Part shown: positions 26,050 to 38,730 of the stretch, piece after piece | Layout: each line of letters opens with the position of its first letter | Numbering within the stretch: the first letter of the stretch is position 1 | Origin: Chiloscyllium plagiosum | Lineage: Eukaryota | Direction: 5' to 3' | DNA: 64,000 nt | NCBI RefSeq assembly: GCF_004010195.1 | Contig: NC_057758.1 | Span: forward strand, 5,904,150-5,968,149 | Notes under the pieces: model-generated | Told to the model about the DNA's origin: nothing | Databases searched by the model: none | What the model saw: only the letters and a program-made list of their open reading frames with translations | Position numbers and translations under genes: made by a program

Positions 26050-27100
26050 CCCTGTAAATTCCTTGCAGATTTGTTCTTCTACATCCTTTTCACTTGATGG
26101 TGATCTTTGGACTGCACTGAGGATTCTGTGAACCTTGGTGTTTCTCTCTGATATTCCCCCCTGGCTACCACAGCCCTACCAAGTCAGTTTAAACTCTTTC
26201 CAAAGCTGCAACAAATCACCCCACAAGGAACTCAGTCCCAGCTCTGTTCAGGAGCATCCCATTCAGTCTGTACAGGTAACATCTCACCCACAGCCAGGCC
26301 CAATGCCCTAAGAATCTAAAGCCCTCCCTGCTCGACCCTCTTTTCAACCTCTTATTCATCCGTCTTATCTTCCTGTTTCTATTCTCACTTATTTGGGGCA
26401 CTGGGAGTAATGTGCACATGCCTACTTTTCAGCTCCTGCTCTGAACTCCCTCCCGACCTCCCTAAATTCTGACTGCAGGACTACATCCCTTTTCTCCCTC
26501 TGTCACTGGGACCGATGTGGACCACGACTGCTGCCTGTTCCCCATCTCCCCTCAGGGTGCTCTGCAGCTGTTCAGTGACATCCTTGACCCTGGCACCAGG
26601 GAGACAACACACCATCCTGGATTCCCATCTGCAGCTGCAGAAACACTTATCGATTGCACTCACTCTCAAATCTCCTTTCACTATCGCTCTTCCAGTCTTC
26701 CTTGTGCCCCCCTGTACAGCTGAGCCCTCCCCATGGTGCCAGGGACTTGGCTCTGGCTGCACTCCCCAGATGAACCATCATTCTCACCAGGATTCTGAAC
26801 TGAATCCTGGTTGGACAGTGGGATGCACTCAGGGGATTCCTGTACTAGCTGCCTGGTCCTTTTGGACTGTCTGCTGCTCCCCCATTCCCTTTCTCCTTGC
26901 ATACTCTGAAGCTGCAGAGTGACCACATCTAGAAACGTGCTCTCCACGGAGCTCTCAACCTCACGGACACTCCGCACTGACACCAGCTGCTGCTCAAGCT
27001 TCAAAACCCGGAGCTCCAACTGCTGTCACTGACCGTCCTACTCTCATGGTCTTCTAGGATCCCCGGAAGCATCCTGAAGTTCCCATATGGAACACACTGG
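26050..27100 (-). mobile_element. CR1 ORF1 (esterase) remnant
   Basis: LELRVLKLEQQL, CCLPGARVKDV, VVVHIG, EGFRFLGHW. Confidence 0.85.
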
Positions 27101-27219
27101 CTCCACTCCCTGGTTACCTCTTGGCAAAGTTCTGATGACAAATAGCTACAGCAGGGCTCACAGTCCCGTGCTTTCAGTATCCCAGGATTTGGAAAACTGA
27201 AAGACAATTGGCCCTTAAT

Positions 27220-29400
27220 TAGAACAGAATCAAGCCATTCAGCCCATCGAATCTATTCTGCTATTCCATTATGGCTGTGATATTTTTCAAGCTCATTCTC
27301 CTGCCTCCCTCCACAGCCTTCAAACCCATTACCAATCAAGAACCTATCTCTCTCTGTTTTGAATTCACTCAACAACGTGACCTCCACAGCCCTCTGTGGC
27401 AATGAGATGCATAGATTTTGCACCTTTTGGCTGTAGAGATTCCTCATCACCTCAGTTCAAAAGAGTCATTCTCTGACCCTCGCATACTTGTCTCTGCAAC
27501 GAGTGGAAACATTTTCTCCACATCCACACTATCCAGGCCTCACAGTATTCTGAAAGTTTCAATCAGATAGCCCTTCACTCTTCTAAACACCACAGAGTAC
27601 AGCCCTAGAGTGCACAAACAGTCCTCATATGACATGCCCTTCATCTCTGAGATCATTCAGACTTTTCTACTTCCCCAGCACATTTTCCTTAGTAACGTCC
27701 ACTACACTCACCTCTCCCCCACTGTCATTTAGGCTGTCCCTGATTTCTCTTATCAGCCATAGTTGTCTCATAATCCCCTTGGTATGTATGTTTGTCCTTG
27801 GGCTGAATTTCTGCTGTCCCTTCCAAATGATCCCCCAAAATCTCCTGCCATTGCTTCCCTGCTAGACTCCCCTTCCAATCAACTCTGACCAGCTCCCCCT
27901 TCATGTCTTTGTATTTATCTCTATTCAAATGCAATACAATTACATCTGATTCCAGCTTCTCCCTCTCATACTGCAGGGTGAATTCTGTCACAATACGGTC
28001 ACTGCCTCTGAGGGGGACCTTCACATTAAGATCCTCAATCAAGTCTGCCTCATTACACAAGACCAAATCCAGAATTGCCTACTCCCCTGAGGGCTCTACC
28101 AGAAGTTGTTCCAAAAAACAATCATCTTGTAGATGTTACATGAATTGCATTTCTGGCGATTGACTACCAAACTGGTTTTCCCGTCCACCTGCATATTGAA
28201 GTCCCCCATTCATATTGCAATGAGGCCTTTCTTACAGGCCTTTTCCATCTCTGGTTTATTTTCTTCCCCACATCCTGATTACTGCTCATGTGCCTGGACA
28301 TTACTCCCATCAGGGTCTTTTTCTCTTGTGCTTGCTCAACTCTACCCGTACAGATTGTATGATTTCTGACTCTATGTTACTTCTTGCTGTCTCTGCTGAT
28401 GGAAATCAGTCCTTCATATCCACTCTCCAGGCCCTCCCTCATTTTACACACCTCAATCAAATCTCCCCTCAGCCTGTTCTGTTCGAACGAAAACAGTTCC
28501 AGCCAATCCAATCATTGCTCAAAGCTAAAACTCACTATTCCTGATAAAATCTTCAAAAATCCCCCGTTTCTTTTCTATTGGGATCACATCCTTCTTGACC
28601 CACACATTGTCCGTGCACTCTCACCTTACAGGGGTCACGGGGTCATTAGGAGCAGTGACCCTGGGTAACCCTGGGACACTGAGTGTCTTTGCAGCCTCAC
28701 CCTTGACCTCAGCCCAGTTGTTGCAGCAAGGTTTGAAATGTAATCTAGAATCTTCTACACAGACACTGAACGTAACTCCTTCCTGAAATGTTTGGATCTA
28801 AGTCTGCTCCAAGGTTTGTGTATAAAGTTCTTCTGATCTGTGGGTTTTTAAAAGAGGTATTGAGCTCCATCCCACTTTCCAACTCTTGCTCCATAGCTCT
28901 GGAGGTTTCAATGTTTCAAGTGAATATCCAAGTGTTTTTTCAATGTGATGAGGGTTTCTGCCTCTCCCACCCTTTCAGACAGTGAGTCCCAGATCCCACC
29001 AGCCTCTGGGTGAAAGCAATTGCTCCTCAAACCCTGCCCCCAGTTCATTTTAATCTCGCCTGATTATTGCCCTCTGTGCTGATGGAAATCAGTCCTTCCT
29101 ACCCATTCTATATAAGTCCCTCATCATTTTAAGCACCTTAATCAAATCTCCCTTCAAACCAATCATTCCTCAAACTCCTGCTTTGTGACAAAACCCTCCT
29201 CTGTCCCCGTCTCTATTGGGATCACATCCTTCCTGTAATGTGTTGACCAGAACCGTACACAGTTCTCTCACTGTGCTCTAACTGGGATTTTATACATTTC
29301 CAGATTAAACAAACTCCTTGCTTTCACTGTCAACCAAAAATGGAAAATACCCATCTGCTTTGTGATCACCTTATCCCCCCTTCATACATCTCATCTGGAG
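27220..29400 (-). mobile_element. Cluster of decayed CR1 fragments
   Basis: SQKVQNLCISLPQRAVE; VLCNEADLIEDLNVKVPLRGSD; two related 3' fragments at ~28390 and ~29075. Confidence 0.65.
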
Positions 29401-29785
29401 CCAGAGAGGATCACAAAATGATGTTCACAGTCTCTGCATTTCTCCATCCCTACTCTCAATCTCACTGAGTTCTGATCACTGTCAATGAAATGATCCCCCA
29501 TTGATAGCCCTTCCAGCTGCACACATTCATTCCCTAAACAATAGTCCAAAACTGTCCCTTCTCTTTCACCATCACCATCTCAGGAGCAATTAGGGATGGG
29601 CAATAAATGCTGACCCTGCCAGTGACACTCACATCTCAAAAAGCAATTTCAAAAATGTCTGTTCTTTTGTTGGGGTTGTTAGGTATTGAGTGCAAAACTT
29701 CAAGCAAATTGTTTGTTAGTTAAAGTTCATAAAATTGAAATCCCTTTGAATGGCAGGGATTAAAATTGTTTCTCTTGTCTTTCAG

Positions 29786-30114
29786 GCCGTGAGAACTCTC
29801 AGCCCAAGCTGACCCTGCTGCCCCCCTCCCCAGAGCAGGTCAATGCCAAGGGCACTGCCACCCTGGTGTGCCTTGCCAATCACTTCTATCCCGATGAGCT
29901 GGAGGTGCAGTGGAAGAAGGACGGTGCAGTCATTTCGGACGGGGTTCAGACCAGCAGCTACCTGCGAGCTTCGGACAGCACCTACAGTGTCAGCAGCCTG
30001 CTGACCCTCTCTGGGTCTGCATGGGAGTCCAACGCTCGCTTCTCCTGTGCCCTCACACATGTGACCCTCCCCTCTCCCCTCAGCAAGAGCATCAGGAGAT
30101 CAGAATGTGTGTAG
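29786..30114 (+). CDS. IGKC: Ig kappa (type III/NS4-like) light chain constant exon
   Basis: Polypyrimidine-TTCAG acceptor whose phase matches J. (S)RENSQPKLTLLPPSPEQVNAKGTATLVCLANHFYPDELEVQWKKDG...DSTYSVSSLLTLS...FSCALTH...SKSIRRSECV*; penultimate Cys for the H-L bond. Confidence 0.97.
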
Positions 30115-30270
30115 AGTGTTTGAGACAGTCCACAGAGGAGACACAACTTTAAATAGAACAGGGCTGAGCTGGCAGGACAAAGATCATTGTCAGCACTGAA
30201 TTTCAACTCTCTTCCTTCTCAGGACTGGCTCAGAGACATTTCTGAGGTTCAGGGGTTTGTGCAGGTAACT

Positions 30271-30422
30271 GGGACAGTATACAGGGAGATTTACTCTGGA
30301 TCTAATCTCATGATGCATATCCCTGACATGGGAGTATTTCTTGGGGATAGTGTAGAGGCAGCTTTACTCTGTATCTAACCCCATGCTGTCCTTGTCCTGG
30401 GAGTGTTTGATTGGGACAGTGT
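30271..30422 (+). repeat. About 2 copies of a ~72-bp tandem unit (GGGACAGTGTAGAGGGAGCTTTACTCTGTATCTAACC-type) in the presumptive 3' UTR
   Basis: Unit starts at ~30271, ~30344 and ~30413. Confidence 0.7.
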
Positions 30423-30713
30423 TGACTTGTGATACCAAGTAAAATCTCTCGAAGATGCTGAAGACTGTCAGCTGCACAAAACAATGTGAACCTCCGAAGT
30501 CTCTGCTTCAGTAAACCAGATCTCCTTCCTGCTCAGCCACCAGTTCCAATTTAAGGTTTTGTCACTGTGTAAAGGGACAGTATTCTCATGTTACTGAGAA
30601 AATCTCCACAAGTGTTTTCCTCAAGCTCCATTGTGGCTGTGAATTTGTGCAGCTACCTCTGTCTGGGCTGTTAATTGCAGTCTGTTTTTTATCAATGTCA
30701 ATCTGAAAAAGGG

Positions 30714-30719
30714 AATAAA
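30714..30719 (+). terminator. Candidate polyadenylation signal for the light-chain mRNA
   Basis: First AATAAA I can find after the C stop codon (600 bp downstream), followed by GT-rich sequence. Confidence 0.4.
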
Positions 30720-31309
30720 GGTGAAGAAGATTCAGTTGGTGTCTTGTGAGTACTTTGGAAATGACCATCAGCCACTCAGTTATTTGGCAGGATTTCAGCA
30801 AATGATTGTTTTGATTGGCTGCCTGGCCGGTCAATCAATGACACATCGGCTGAAGGTTGGGCTGAGAGCCAATCATCAATCATTTTCAAATGATCCCTTT
30901 GGTCTGGAATTTGTTGAGTTTACAAGATTCTAAACAGAACAGAAACTAAAAGCTGCTGTGACCACAATCATTGCAATCTGAGGCATCACTCTTCACTCCG
31001 TTGGTCCAGGCCCAGCTGGTGGGATCGCACTCTGCCCTCTCTGCTGTCCAACACTGAAATCAGCTTCGGCCAATCTCAGATGTTAGTAGCTGCAGTCGTA
31101 ATGTTCATTTCTCCCAGCTGAGCCTGTTACTCACAATGGGAACTCAAAACTGAACTGAGTAAGGCCTTCGTTCAGAGAGGATCAGTCAGGATCTTATATC
31201 ATACATGAATGACCCTGTTGGAAGTGACTAATACCCAATGTTGTCTGGAGGTGTGACTGTCAGTGAGGTGTGACTGTTAGTAATGCTGTCTGCAGATGCA
31301 TGTCTCTGA

Positions 31310-32232
31310 GTGCCGCAGATGACACCAAAATTGAAGGTGTAGTGGACAGCGAAGAGGGTTACCTCAGATTACAACAGGATCAGGACCAGATAGGCCAATC
31401 GGCTGAGAAGTGGCAGCTGGAGTTTAATTCAGATAAATGAGAGGTGCTGCATTTTGGGAAAGGAAATCTTAGCAGGATTTATACACTTAATGGTAAGGTC
31501 CTAGGGAGTGTTGCTGAACAAAGAGACCTTGGAGTGCAGGTTCATAGCTCCTTGAAAGTGGGTCGCAGGTAGATAGGATAGTGAAGAAGGTGTTTGGTAT
31601 GCTTTCCTTTATTGGTCAGAGTATTGAGTACAGGAGTTGGGAGGTCATGTTGCGGCTGTACAGGATATTGGTTGGGCCACTGTTGGAATATTGCATGCAA
31701 TTCTGATCTCCTTCCTATCGGAAAGGCGTTGTGAAACCTGAAAGGGTTCCGAAAAGATTTACAAGGATGTTGCCAGGGTTGGAAGATTTGAGCTATAGGG
31801 AGAGGCTGAACAGGCTGGGGCTGTTTTTCCTGGAGCGTCGGAGGCTGAGGGGTGACCTTATAGAGGTTTACAAAATTATGAGGGGCATGGATAGGGTAAG
31901 TAGGTAAAGTCTTTTCCCTGTGGTCGGGGCGTCCAGAGTTACAGGGCATAGGTTTAGGGTGAGAGGTGAAATATATAAAAGAGAGCTAATGGGCAACTTT
32001 TTCGCGCAGACAGTGGTACGTGTATGGAATGAGCTGCCAGAGGAAGTGGTGGAGGCTGGTAAAAATGTAACATTTAAGAGGCATTTGGATGGGTATATGA
32101 ATAGGAAGGGTTTGGAGGGATATGGGCCGGGTGCTGGCAGGTGGGACTAGATTAGGTTGGGATATCTGGTCAGCATGGACGGGTTGGACCGAAAGGTCTG
32201 TTTCCATGCTGCACATCTCTATGACTCTATAA
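31310..32232 (+). mobile_element. CR1 LINE 3' part, well preserved
   Basis: GCAGATGACACCAAAATTG (ADDTKI), RVWNELPEEVVEAG, FKRHLDGYMNRKG, CTCTATGACTCTAT tail. Confidence 0.92.
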
Positions 32233-32649
32233 CAGTTCCCTCGTTAATGTCTGTGGATGTGTGCCGCAGCTTTGCAGCATGCCATCCCCCCTTGAGTTCG
32301 ATTTCCGTGTGAAACCTTGACAGAGGTGATGATTTCAGATTTGTTTTGAAGAGGGGAAGGGAGGTGATGTGTTGTGATCATATCCTAGGCCCCATTCCCA
32401 TATTCCAGTTAAACCTGGATTAAGAGGATGCTGTGGTCAGTGATTCCATAACTGAGATTTATACAAGCACTTACTATTGACCCCAATTCTGTACAGAATG
32501 TTGACATCAATCGAATGGTTTGAAGTGAATGGGAAAGAATTGGGATCTTCCTTTACATCTAGCTGTAGGGTCTGTGGTGTGGTGTGATCACAGGACACAG
32601 GCAGACCAACAAATGTAAGTTAGTTCACTGTTGAAAATGCAATTGTTAC

Positions 32650-33165
32650 AATTTCTTTAAATTCATTTGTGGGACTTGGGGAATGCTGGCTGGCCAGCAT
32701 TGATAGCCCATCTCTATTTGCTCTTGAGAAGGTGGTGGTGAATCGCTGCAGTCCATTTGCTGTGGGTTGACCCACAGTACCGTGAGTGAGGGAATTCCAG
32801 GATTTTGACCCAATGACTGTGAAGGGTTGATGCCAGGTGGTCCATCCAGTTTCATTCCTTTGTTGTAACTTTCTAGCAATTGATACAACTGAGTGGCTTG
32901 CTAGGCCATTTCAGGGGGCAGCTGAGAGTCAACCACATTGCTGTGGCTCTGGAGTCACACATAGGCCAGACCAGGTAAGGAGGGCAGATTTCCTTCCCTT
33001 AAGGACATTAGTGAACCAGATGGGTTTTTCTGATAATTATTTAACTCTTAATTCCAGATATTATTTTATTGAACTCGAATTCCACCATCTGCCATAGTGG
33101 GATTCAAAACCAGAAAATTATTCTGAGTTTCTGGATTAATAGCCAAGTGATAATATCACCTCCCC
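32650..33165 (-). mobile_element. tRNA-derived SINE with L2-like 3' tail
   Basis: The tail is complementary to the L2-like end at ~19800, with a B-box-like GGTTTTGAATCCC on -. Related copies lie on + at ~42930-43250 and ~56960-57290. Confidence 0.6.
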
Positions 33166-33587
33166 AGTAAATATAAGATGTCCCCCAGAGATGTCTCCTC
33201 CAGGGTGAACAACTGGGGGCAGCTGGGCATTACAGTTAAATAACACCAACAAAAGGAACCTGTTCACTGGGACAACACACTGCTACAAGTTAAGCATACA
33301 ATTTTCCCAAATGTTAACTACATTTAATATCGAACCTGTTCGAAAATTAAAGAAACAAGGTACAGGCAGATCATTTTTTCTGTGTGTATTGTACAAATCA
33401 AGTCCTTTAGCTGATCCAAAGTAAACTGAATCACTTAAAACTGTATCCCAACTTCTGGATTCCCCCACAAGAGGAAACACCCCCTTGGTATTCATCTGTC
33501 ACATCCCTTCAGGGTCTCAGTTAGTCCAGCAGTATCTGTGGAGAGAAAAACAGAGTTAGAGCTACCCCCCATGTCAGGTTCTCCTCA

Positions 33588-33824
<237 letters not shown>

Positions 33825-33943
33825 TCAGGGGGCTGGGGAGGAGGGGACAACTTCTCGCTCTGGAGATAGAACTGCATTCAATTGCCCAGCTTCTAGCCAC
33901 CCTGTCAATGAGCACACCCTGCAGTCTAACTGATCAAACACAT

Positions 33944-34140
33944 GATGTGGAGGTGTCAGTATTCGCCTGTGTTTGATGAAAGTTAAAAATCTATGACACA
34001 TTGATCTTTTAGTATAAATTCTGTGTCCTAGGATCCTGCTCCACTAGTTCCCTGACAAAGGAGCAGTGCTCCGAAAGCTTGTACTTTCAAATAAACCTGT
34101 TGGATTATAACCTGGTGTTGTGTGATTTTTAACTTTGATA
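33944..34140. mobile_element. Penelope-derived fold-back remnant (third family) with decayed hammerhead core at 34052-34080
   Basis: CTGACAA-A-GGAGC-AGT-GCTCC-GAAAGCTT; inverted arms AAAGTTAAAAATC / GATTTTTAACTTT. Confidence 0.6.
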
Positions 34141-34179
34141 ACACACAGGCCTTTCTGTTGGGATATATAGCATGACCAG

Positions 34180-34560
34180 CCTGGGCTCTCTGCTTCCAAC
34201 CAGAATGTTGTAGGTTCAAGTCCCGTGTCAGAGATTTGAGAATGGTGTTGAACTCTGACAGTGTGGCGTACACAGTGAGGGGAATGCGGCACTGTCACAC
34301 AGACTGATTTTTGGATGACATTAATCCTGCAGGCCCCCTGCCCTCTCAGACGAGTGGGAATCTTGTCCTGGGATAATTTGGAAGGGTAGAGAAGGTCTCC
34401 ACTTGCTGAGTGTCAGTTGCTTCCCCAGTCCAACCCCCAGCCCCCGTACCTTTCCCATGTTACAACCGTGGCGATATTTCAAAAAGACTGAAGCTGCTGA
34501 AAACCAATTTTGTGACACCCGGAAGTTGTGAAAGTGCTACACAAATGCAAGGTTGTCTTT
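34180..34560 (+). mobile_element. Deu-domain (SacSINE1-like) SINE
   Basis: B box GGTTCAAGTCC; Deu-like GAGGGGAATGCGGCACTGTC...TTTTGGATGA; tail GTGAAAGTGCTACACAAATGCAAG. Confidence 0.6.
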
Positions 34561-34608
34561 CGATTTGGGATTTTGGATCAGAGGGTGAAGAGCAGTGATA
34601 TCCCTTAC

Positions 34609-34660
34609 CTGATCCAGATCACTTCTGAAGTGCTCTTGCAGCTCATAAAGTCATGAGCCA
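34609..34660 (-). pseudogene. RABGAP1L: Remnant of the preceding RABGAP1L-like exon (frameshifted, 5' part lost)
   Basis: Minus strand AHDFMSCK-(8 nt, -1 shift)-RSDLDQ|GTAAG, versus recalled AHELVTSKIALRNDLDQ. Order and phase (0) fit the 33615-33725 exon. Confidence 0.65.
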
Positions 34661-37180
34661 CTCTGTTCCCATCCCCTTCCCCTGTCACAGAGTCTGGGAA
34701 CCAGTTGTGAAGTAACTCTCTGAACCTTGAATGTGCCTTCAAGGTTGCATTGCCCCTTTGCCCCTCACAACATACCTCCCTTGTTTAAAATCAAGAATGA
34801 ATCATTAATCTCTGGGAGAACGTCCTCCTTGGCAACATTGAGACTGGTGACCACCTCCTTGGTGGGCTTTGAGTGTGAAGGTCAATAACACTCTCATTGG
34901 GACTTAATCTGGGTTGTCTCCAGTTAGTTTGCGTTTTTGTTTCAGGCCCAGGCAGGACTGACCAACCTTTGACCCCGTGATCTAACTGTGATGAAGGGTG
35001 GGCTGTGCCAGGCTTCAACACACTGGTCTGTATAATGAAGCAGGGATTGTCCATTTCACAAAAGAGTGAAAGAAACGAACAAACTGGGTGGGTATTCACG
35101 CCCATCCCGATCCTGAGAGGGGAGAGAGAAGCAATAACATCACCAGACAGAAAGGATACTCCCAGAGAGGGAGAGAGAGCATTAAAAGTGAGACCCCTCA
35201 AAGAATGGGGACAGAATCAGCAACACTCCCCAGAGCGAGAGAGAAGACAGTAGCGGTGACATCACCTGGGGAGGGAAAGGGGACTGTAACTACGATGCTC
35301 CCCAAAGTGGGAGAGGGGACAGGAACAGTGACACTCCTCAGGGTGGGGAGGTCAGGAATTGCTTATTCCCCATTTTCTCACTGTGCTGTGACGTATGTTC
35401 CTGGGAAATTAGATTGTTTATATTTTCACAGTTGACGAGGTGATTCTCTAACAAGTATTCCAATTCCATATTTCCTATCACAGCAGATCCACTGAAGATC
35501 ACATTTTCATTTGGAGGTTGCCCAGGTTTCTGTCCAGGCTGATGCAGCATGATCTACCAGTGCCGCTCCTATTGGGCTAAACCATCACACACCAGGGAAT
35601 CTGACGGGCACTTTCTCTTTGTGCTGGCAAAGGGAGGGATTTGCTTTTACTGCAACGGTGGCCAAAGAAATGAGTCAGTGGAGGTAGTTCCAGCTGAACA
35701 TAATGTTCTGATGTTCATGATGGGATTAATCTCGACAGTTCCCACATACCTTTACACCGACAGTGGAACAGGAAGTCACCACACAGTGGTCTCCTGGCTC
35801 ACACTGAGACACCAAGTTGATGGTATAACTGCAGAGAGCAAAACAATGGCTTGGACTCACTGAACAACCAGAGGCTTCAGCCAACAACTGGGTCACAGGC
35901 AAATGGAGGGTTGTGTAAACTCTCAGTATCTCAGGGAACAAACACAACTACTGAGCTACAAAACCGAACAGGAGATTTTTATTACAGATTAGCAATCCAA
36001 AAATCAATTCCAAACACAATATTTATATAACCTGGGAGAAATCTCATTTTCAAACAGCATTCCAAACAGGATAGTAAGATGAGAATTCAAACAGCCACTC
36101 AGCCCGTCACTCAGTGTTGAAGACGCACTGTCCTCATTTGCAAACCTCTTAATAATACGTAAGGGGAGAGAAATATTGAAAACCGTATTACCACGAGTGA
36201 GTGTCCATTAAAAATGGGAGCCTTGATGTTAAATGATCCCAGCCATGAACAACACTGATGCATTTACATCATCAGCTTCTTAAACAATATCAAAAAATCT
36301 GTGGTCTAGAAAGAGAAAAAAGGACAATGTGTAGATTGTTGAACAGGCCCCTACACCTGGGCCTGAGGCAGGAGCCCAAGCTCCAACACACTGGCCTCAC
36401 TTCACACCAACCTTCACACAGTGTGGGGTCATGAACTCAAGCCATCAATTCCTCTGGGACCGGGACGGAGTGAGGGAACAGTGAAACAGATGCCCTCTAG
36501 TAGCTGGAGAATGCTTGCCCTTCTGTTGAAGAGCATGGATAAAATCCCTTTCCATTCCTCAATGAAAGGTATAAACAGAAAAAAACAACGAAGACACCCC
36601 AGAACTGTCCCCACCAGACACTGCCGGTACAGGGACAGCACCGGGTGATACACAGAGCAAAGGCACGCTCTGCTCTTTCAAAACAGAAAATAAAGCTGCC
36701 TTGACTTTATTGAGCAAAAATAAAGATGTTATTACTCGGGAGAAAATCAAATAAACAAACAAAAAAAATGCTCTCCCTTGACTCCGTCCCCACCAACCTG
36801 TTTTGGGCAGGGACCAGAAGGAACTAAAACAAAAATAAACGCGAGAGAAATCAAAAACAAATAAACAAACAAAGAACCAACTAACTGAGTAAATCACCTC
36901 TGCTCTATGCCCATCCATCACTCCTGGGGCAGGGACAACAATGCTTTAACATCCAGCACGTTTCCCTGCTCATTTCAACTCAAGATAAAATTCCCCTCAC
37001 ACCGATCCCCATCAAGTGCATCTGAGACAGGAGCAGTGCGGGGCTAAAATACAAACCTTCGTGCTTTTTCCAAGGGGAAACTCCCCTTCCATTCACACCC
37101 AAACAGACTAGCAGCAATCCAATGCATTCCAGTGGGAATGAGTTATCAGTTGGTTCAGTCTGGGTCCCCAGTCAGTCAGG

Positions 37181-37680
37181 NNNNNNNNNNNNNNNNNNNN
37201 NNNNNNNNNNNNNNNNNNNNNNNNNNNNNNNNNNNNNNNNNNNNNNNNNNNNNNNNNNNNNNNNNNNNNNNNNNNNNNNNNNNNNNNNNNNNNNNNNNNN
37301 NNNNNNNNNNNNNNNNNNNNNNNNNNNNNNNNNNNNNNNNNNNNNNNNNNNNNNNNNNNNNNNNNNNNNNNNNNNNNNNNNNNNNNNNNNNNNNNNNNNN
37401 NNNNNNNNNNNNNNNNNNNNNNNNNNNNNNNNNNNNNNNNNNNNNNNNNNNNNNNNNNNNNNNNNNNNNNNNNNNNNNNNNNNNNNNNNNNNNNNNNNNN
37501 NNNNNNNNNNNNNNNNNNNNNNNNNNNNNNNNNNNNNNNNNNNNNNNNNNNNNNNNNNNNNNNNNNNNNNNNNNNNNNNNNNNNNNNNNNNNNNNNNNNN
37601 NNNNNNNNNNNNNNNNNNNNNNNNNNNNNNNNNNNNNNNNNNNNNNNNNNNNNNNNNNNNNNNNNNNNNNNNNNNNNNNN
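37181..37680. other. Assembly gap (500 N)
   Basis: Run of N. Confidence 0.99.
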
Positions 37681-37772
37681 GGTTCAGACGATATGGAACA
37701 AATACTGGAAAAGAGGATTAGATTAAATCACAATGTCTGGTTGCATGGAATATTTGGCTTGTTTCCATGCTG

Positions 37773-38007
37773 GGTAAAAACAAGGACTGCAGATCCTGGG
37801 AACCAGATTCCAGATTAGAGTGGTGCTGGAAAAGCACAGCAGTTCAGGCAGCATCCGAGGAGCAGGAAAATCGCCGTTTCGGGCAAAGGCCTTTCATTGG
37901 GAATAGAGCCAGAGTACCTGCAGGGTGGAGAGATATCTCTCCACCCTGCAGGGACTCTGACTCTCTTGCTGATGAAGGGCTTTAGTCCAAAACGTCGATT
38001 TTCCTAA
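37773..38007. mobile_element. Penelope-derived fold-back element with a perfect 36-bp central palindrome and two mutated hammerhead cores
   Basis: Palindrome CCTGCAGGGTGGAGAGAT|ATCTCTCCACCCTGCAGG at 37917-37952; CTGATGAAGGGCTTTAGTCCAAAACGTC at 37969-37996; 10-bp TSD TTCCATGCTG at 37763-37772 and 38008-38017. Confidence 0.85.
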
Positions 38008-38444
38008 TTCCATGCTGTACAGCCGTAAGCTTCATTGATTTAATTGATTAAGGCCTCTGTGTAATCTTCTCTGTTCACTATATAACCAATCTTGGTCTCA
38101 TGTGCAAACCAAATAACGGCGCCTTCTAAATTCTCATCTGTATCATTTATTGAATGACAAACAAAAATGGATCCAGCACAGATCCCTGTGGAAACGCGCT
38201 GATCAAAAGCCTCCATTCTGAAAAACAGCCCTCCTTGGCAATATTATCTGAAGCCAGTCGACATACACTCGCATGCCCACACACATTCATGCACACGCAC
38301 GTGCACACACGCACACGTTCATGCAAGGAGAAGGCAGATTAGGGTGTAAAAGATGGGAGCCAGGATTGAATAGCAGAGTGGTGTCGATGGGCCAAATCGC
38401 ATAATACTGCTCAAATTTCATACTTCCTATGGCATGTATAAATT

Positions 38445-38730
38445 TGTGTGTGCTTGCGTTTGTGTGTCTATGTCTGTTTGTATTTGTATTTTTGTGTTTG
38501 TGTATATATTTTAATATGTCTATGTGCTTGGGTGTATCTGTGAGTGTGCTTTGGGTATGTTTGCATGTGCATGTGTGTGTGTCTCTCTCTGCATGTGTCT
38601 GCGAGTGTGTTTGTGTGCGTGTGGTTGCATGCACATGTGTTTGTGTGTGTGTTTATTTGTGTGTCTGTGTGAGTTTGACTGAGACTGTCTGTCCGTATTT
38701 GTGTGTGTGTCTCTGTTTTCGTGTGTTTCT
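38445..38730. repeat. Degenerate (TG)n simple repeat
   Basis: TGTG tract. Confidence 0.9.

Noticed and set aside
30555-30569. GGTTTTGT-CACTGTG downstream of C as a Kde-like RSS
   Set aside because: The nonamer-like sequence abuts the heptamer with no spacer, and there is no nonamer at 12 or 23 bp.
30586-30720. Minus-strand acceptor followed by IDIDKKQTAIN as a third RABGAP1L exon
   Set aside because: Similarity to the expected EIKKTTAII is too short, and the exon start does not correspond.
35338-35550. Minus ORF with QKPGQPP resembling V framework 2
   Set aside because: No WYQ, no flanking cysteines, no RSS; a chance match.
35782-35820. CACAGTG as the RSS of a second V
   Set aside because: Poor nonamer at both spacings and no YYC-bearing V frame upstream.
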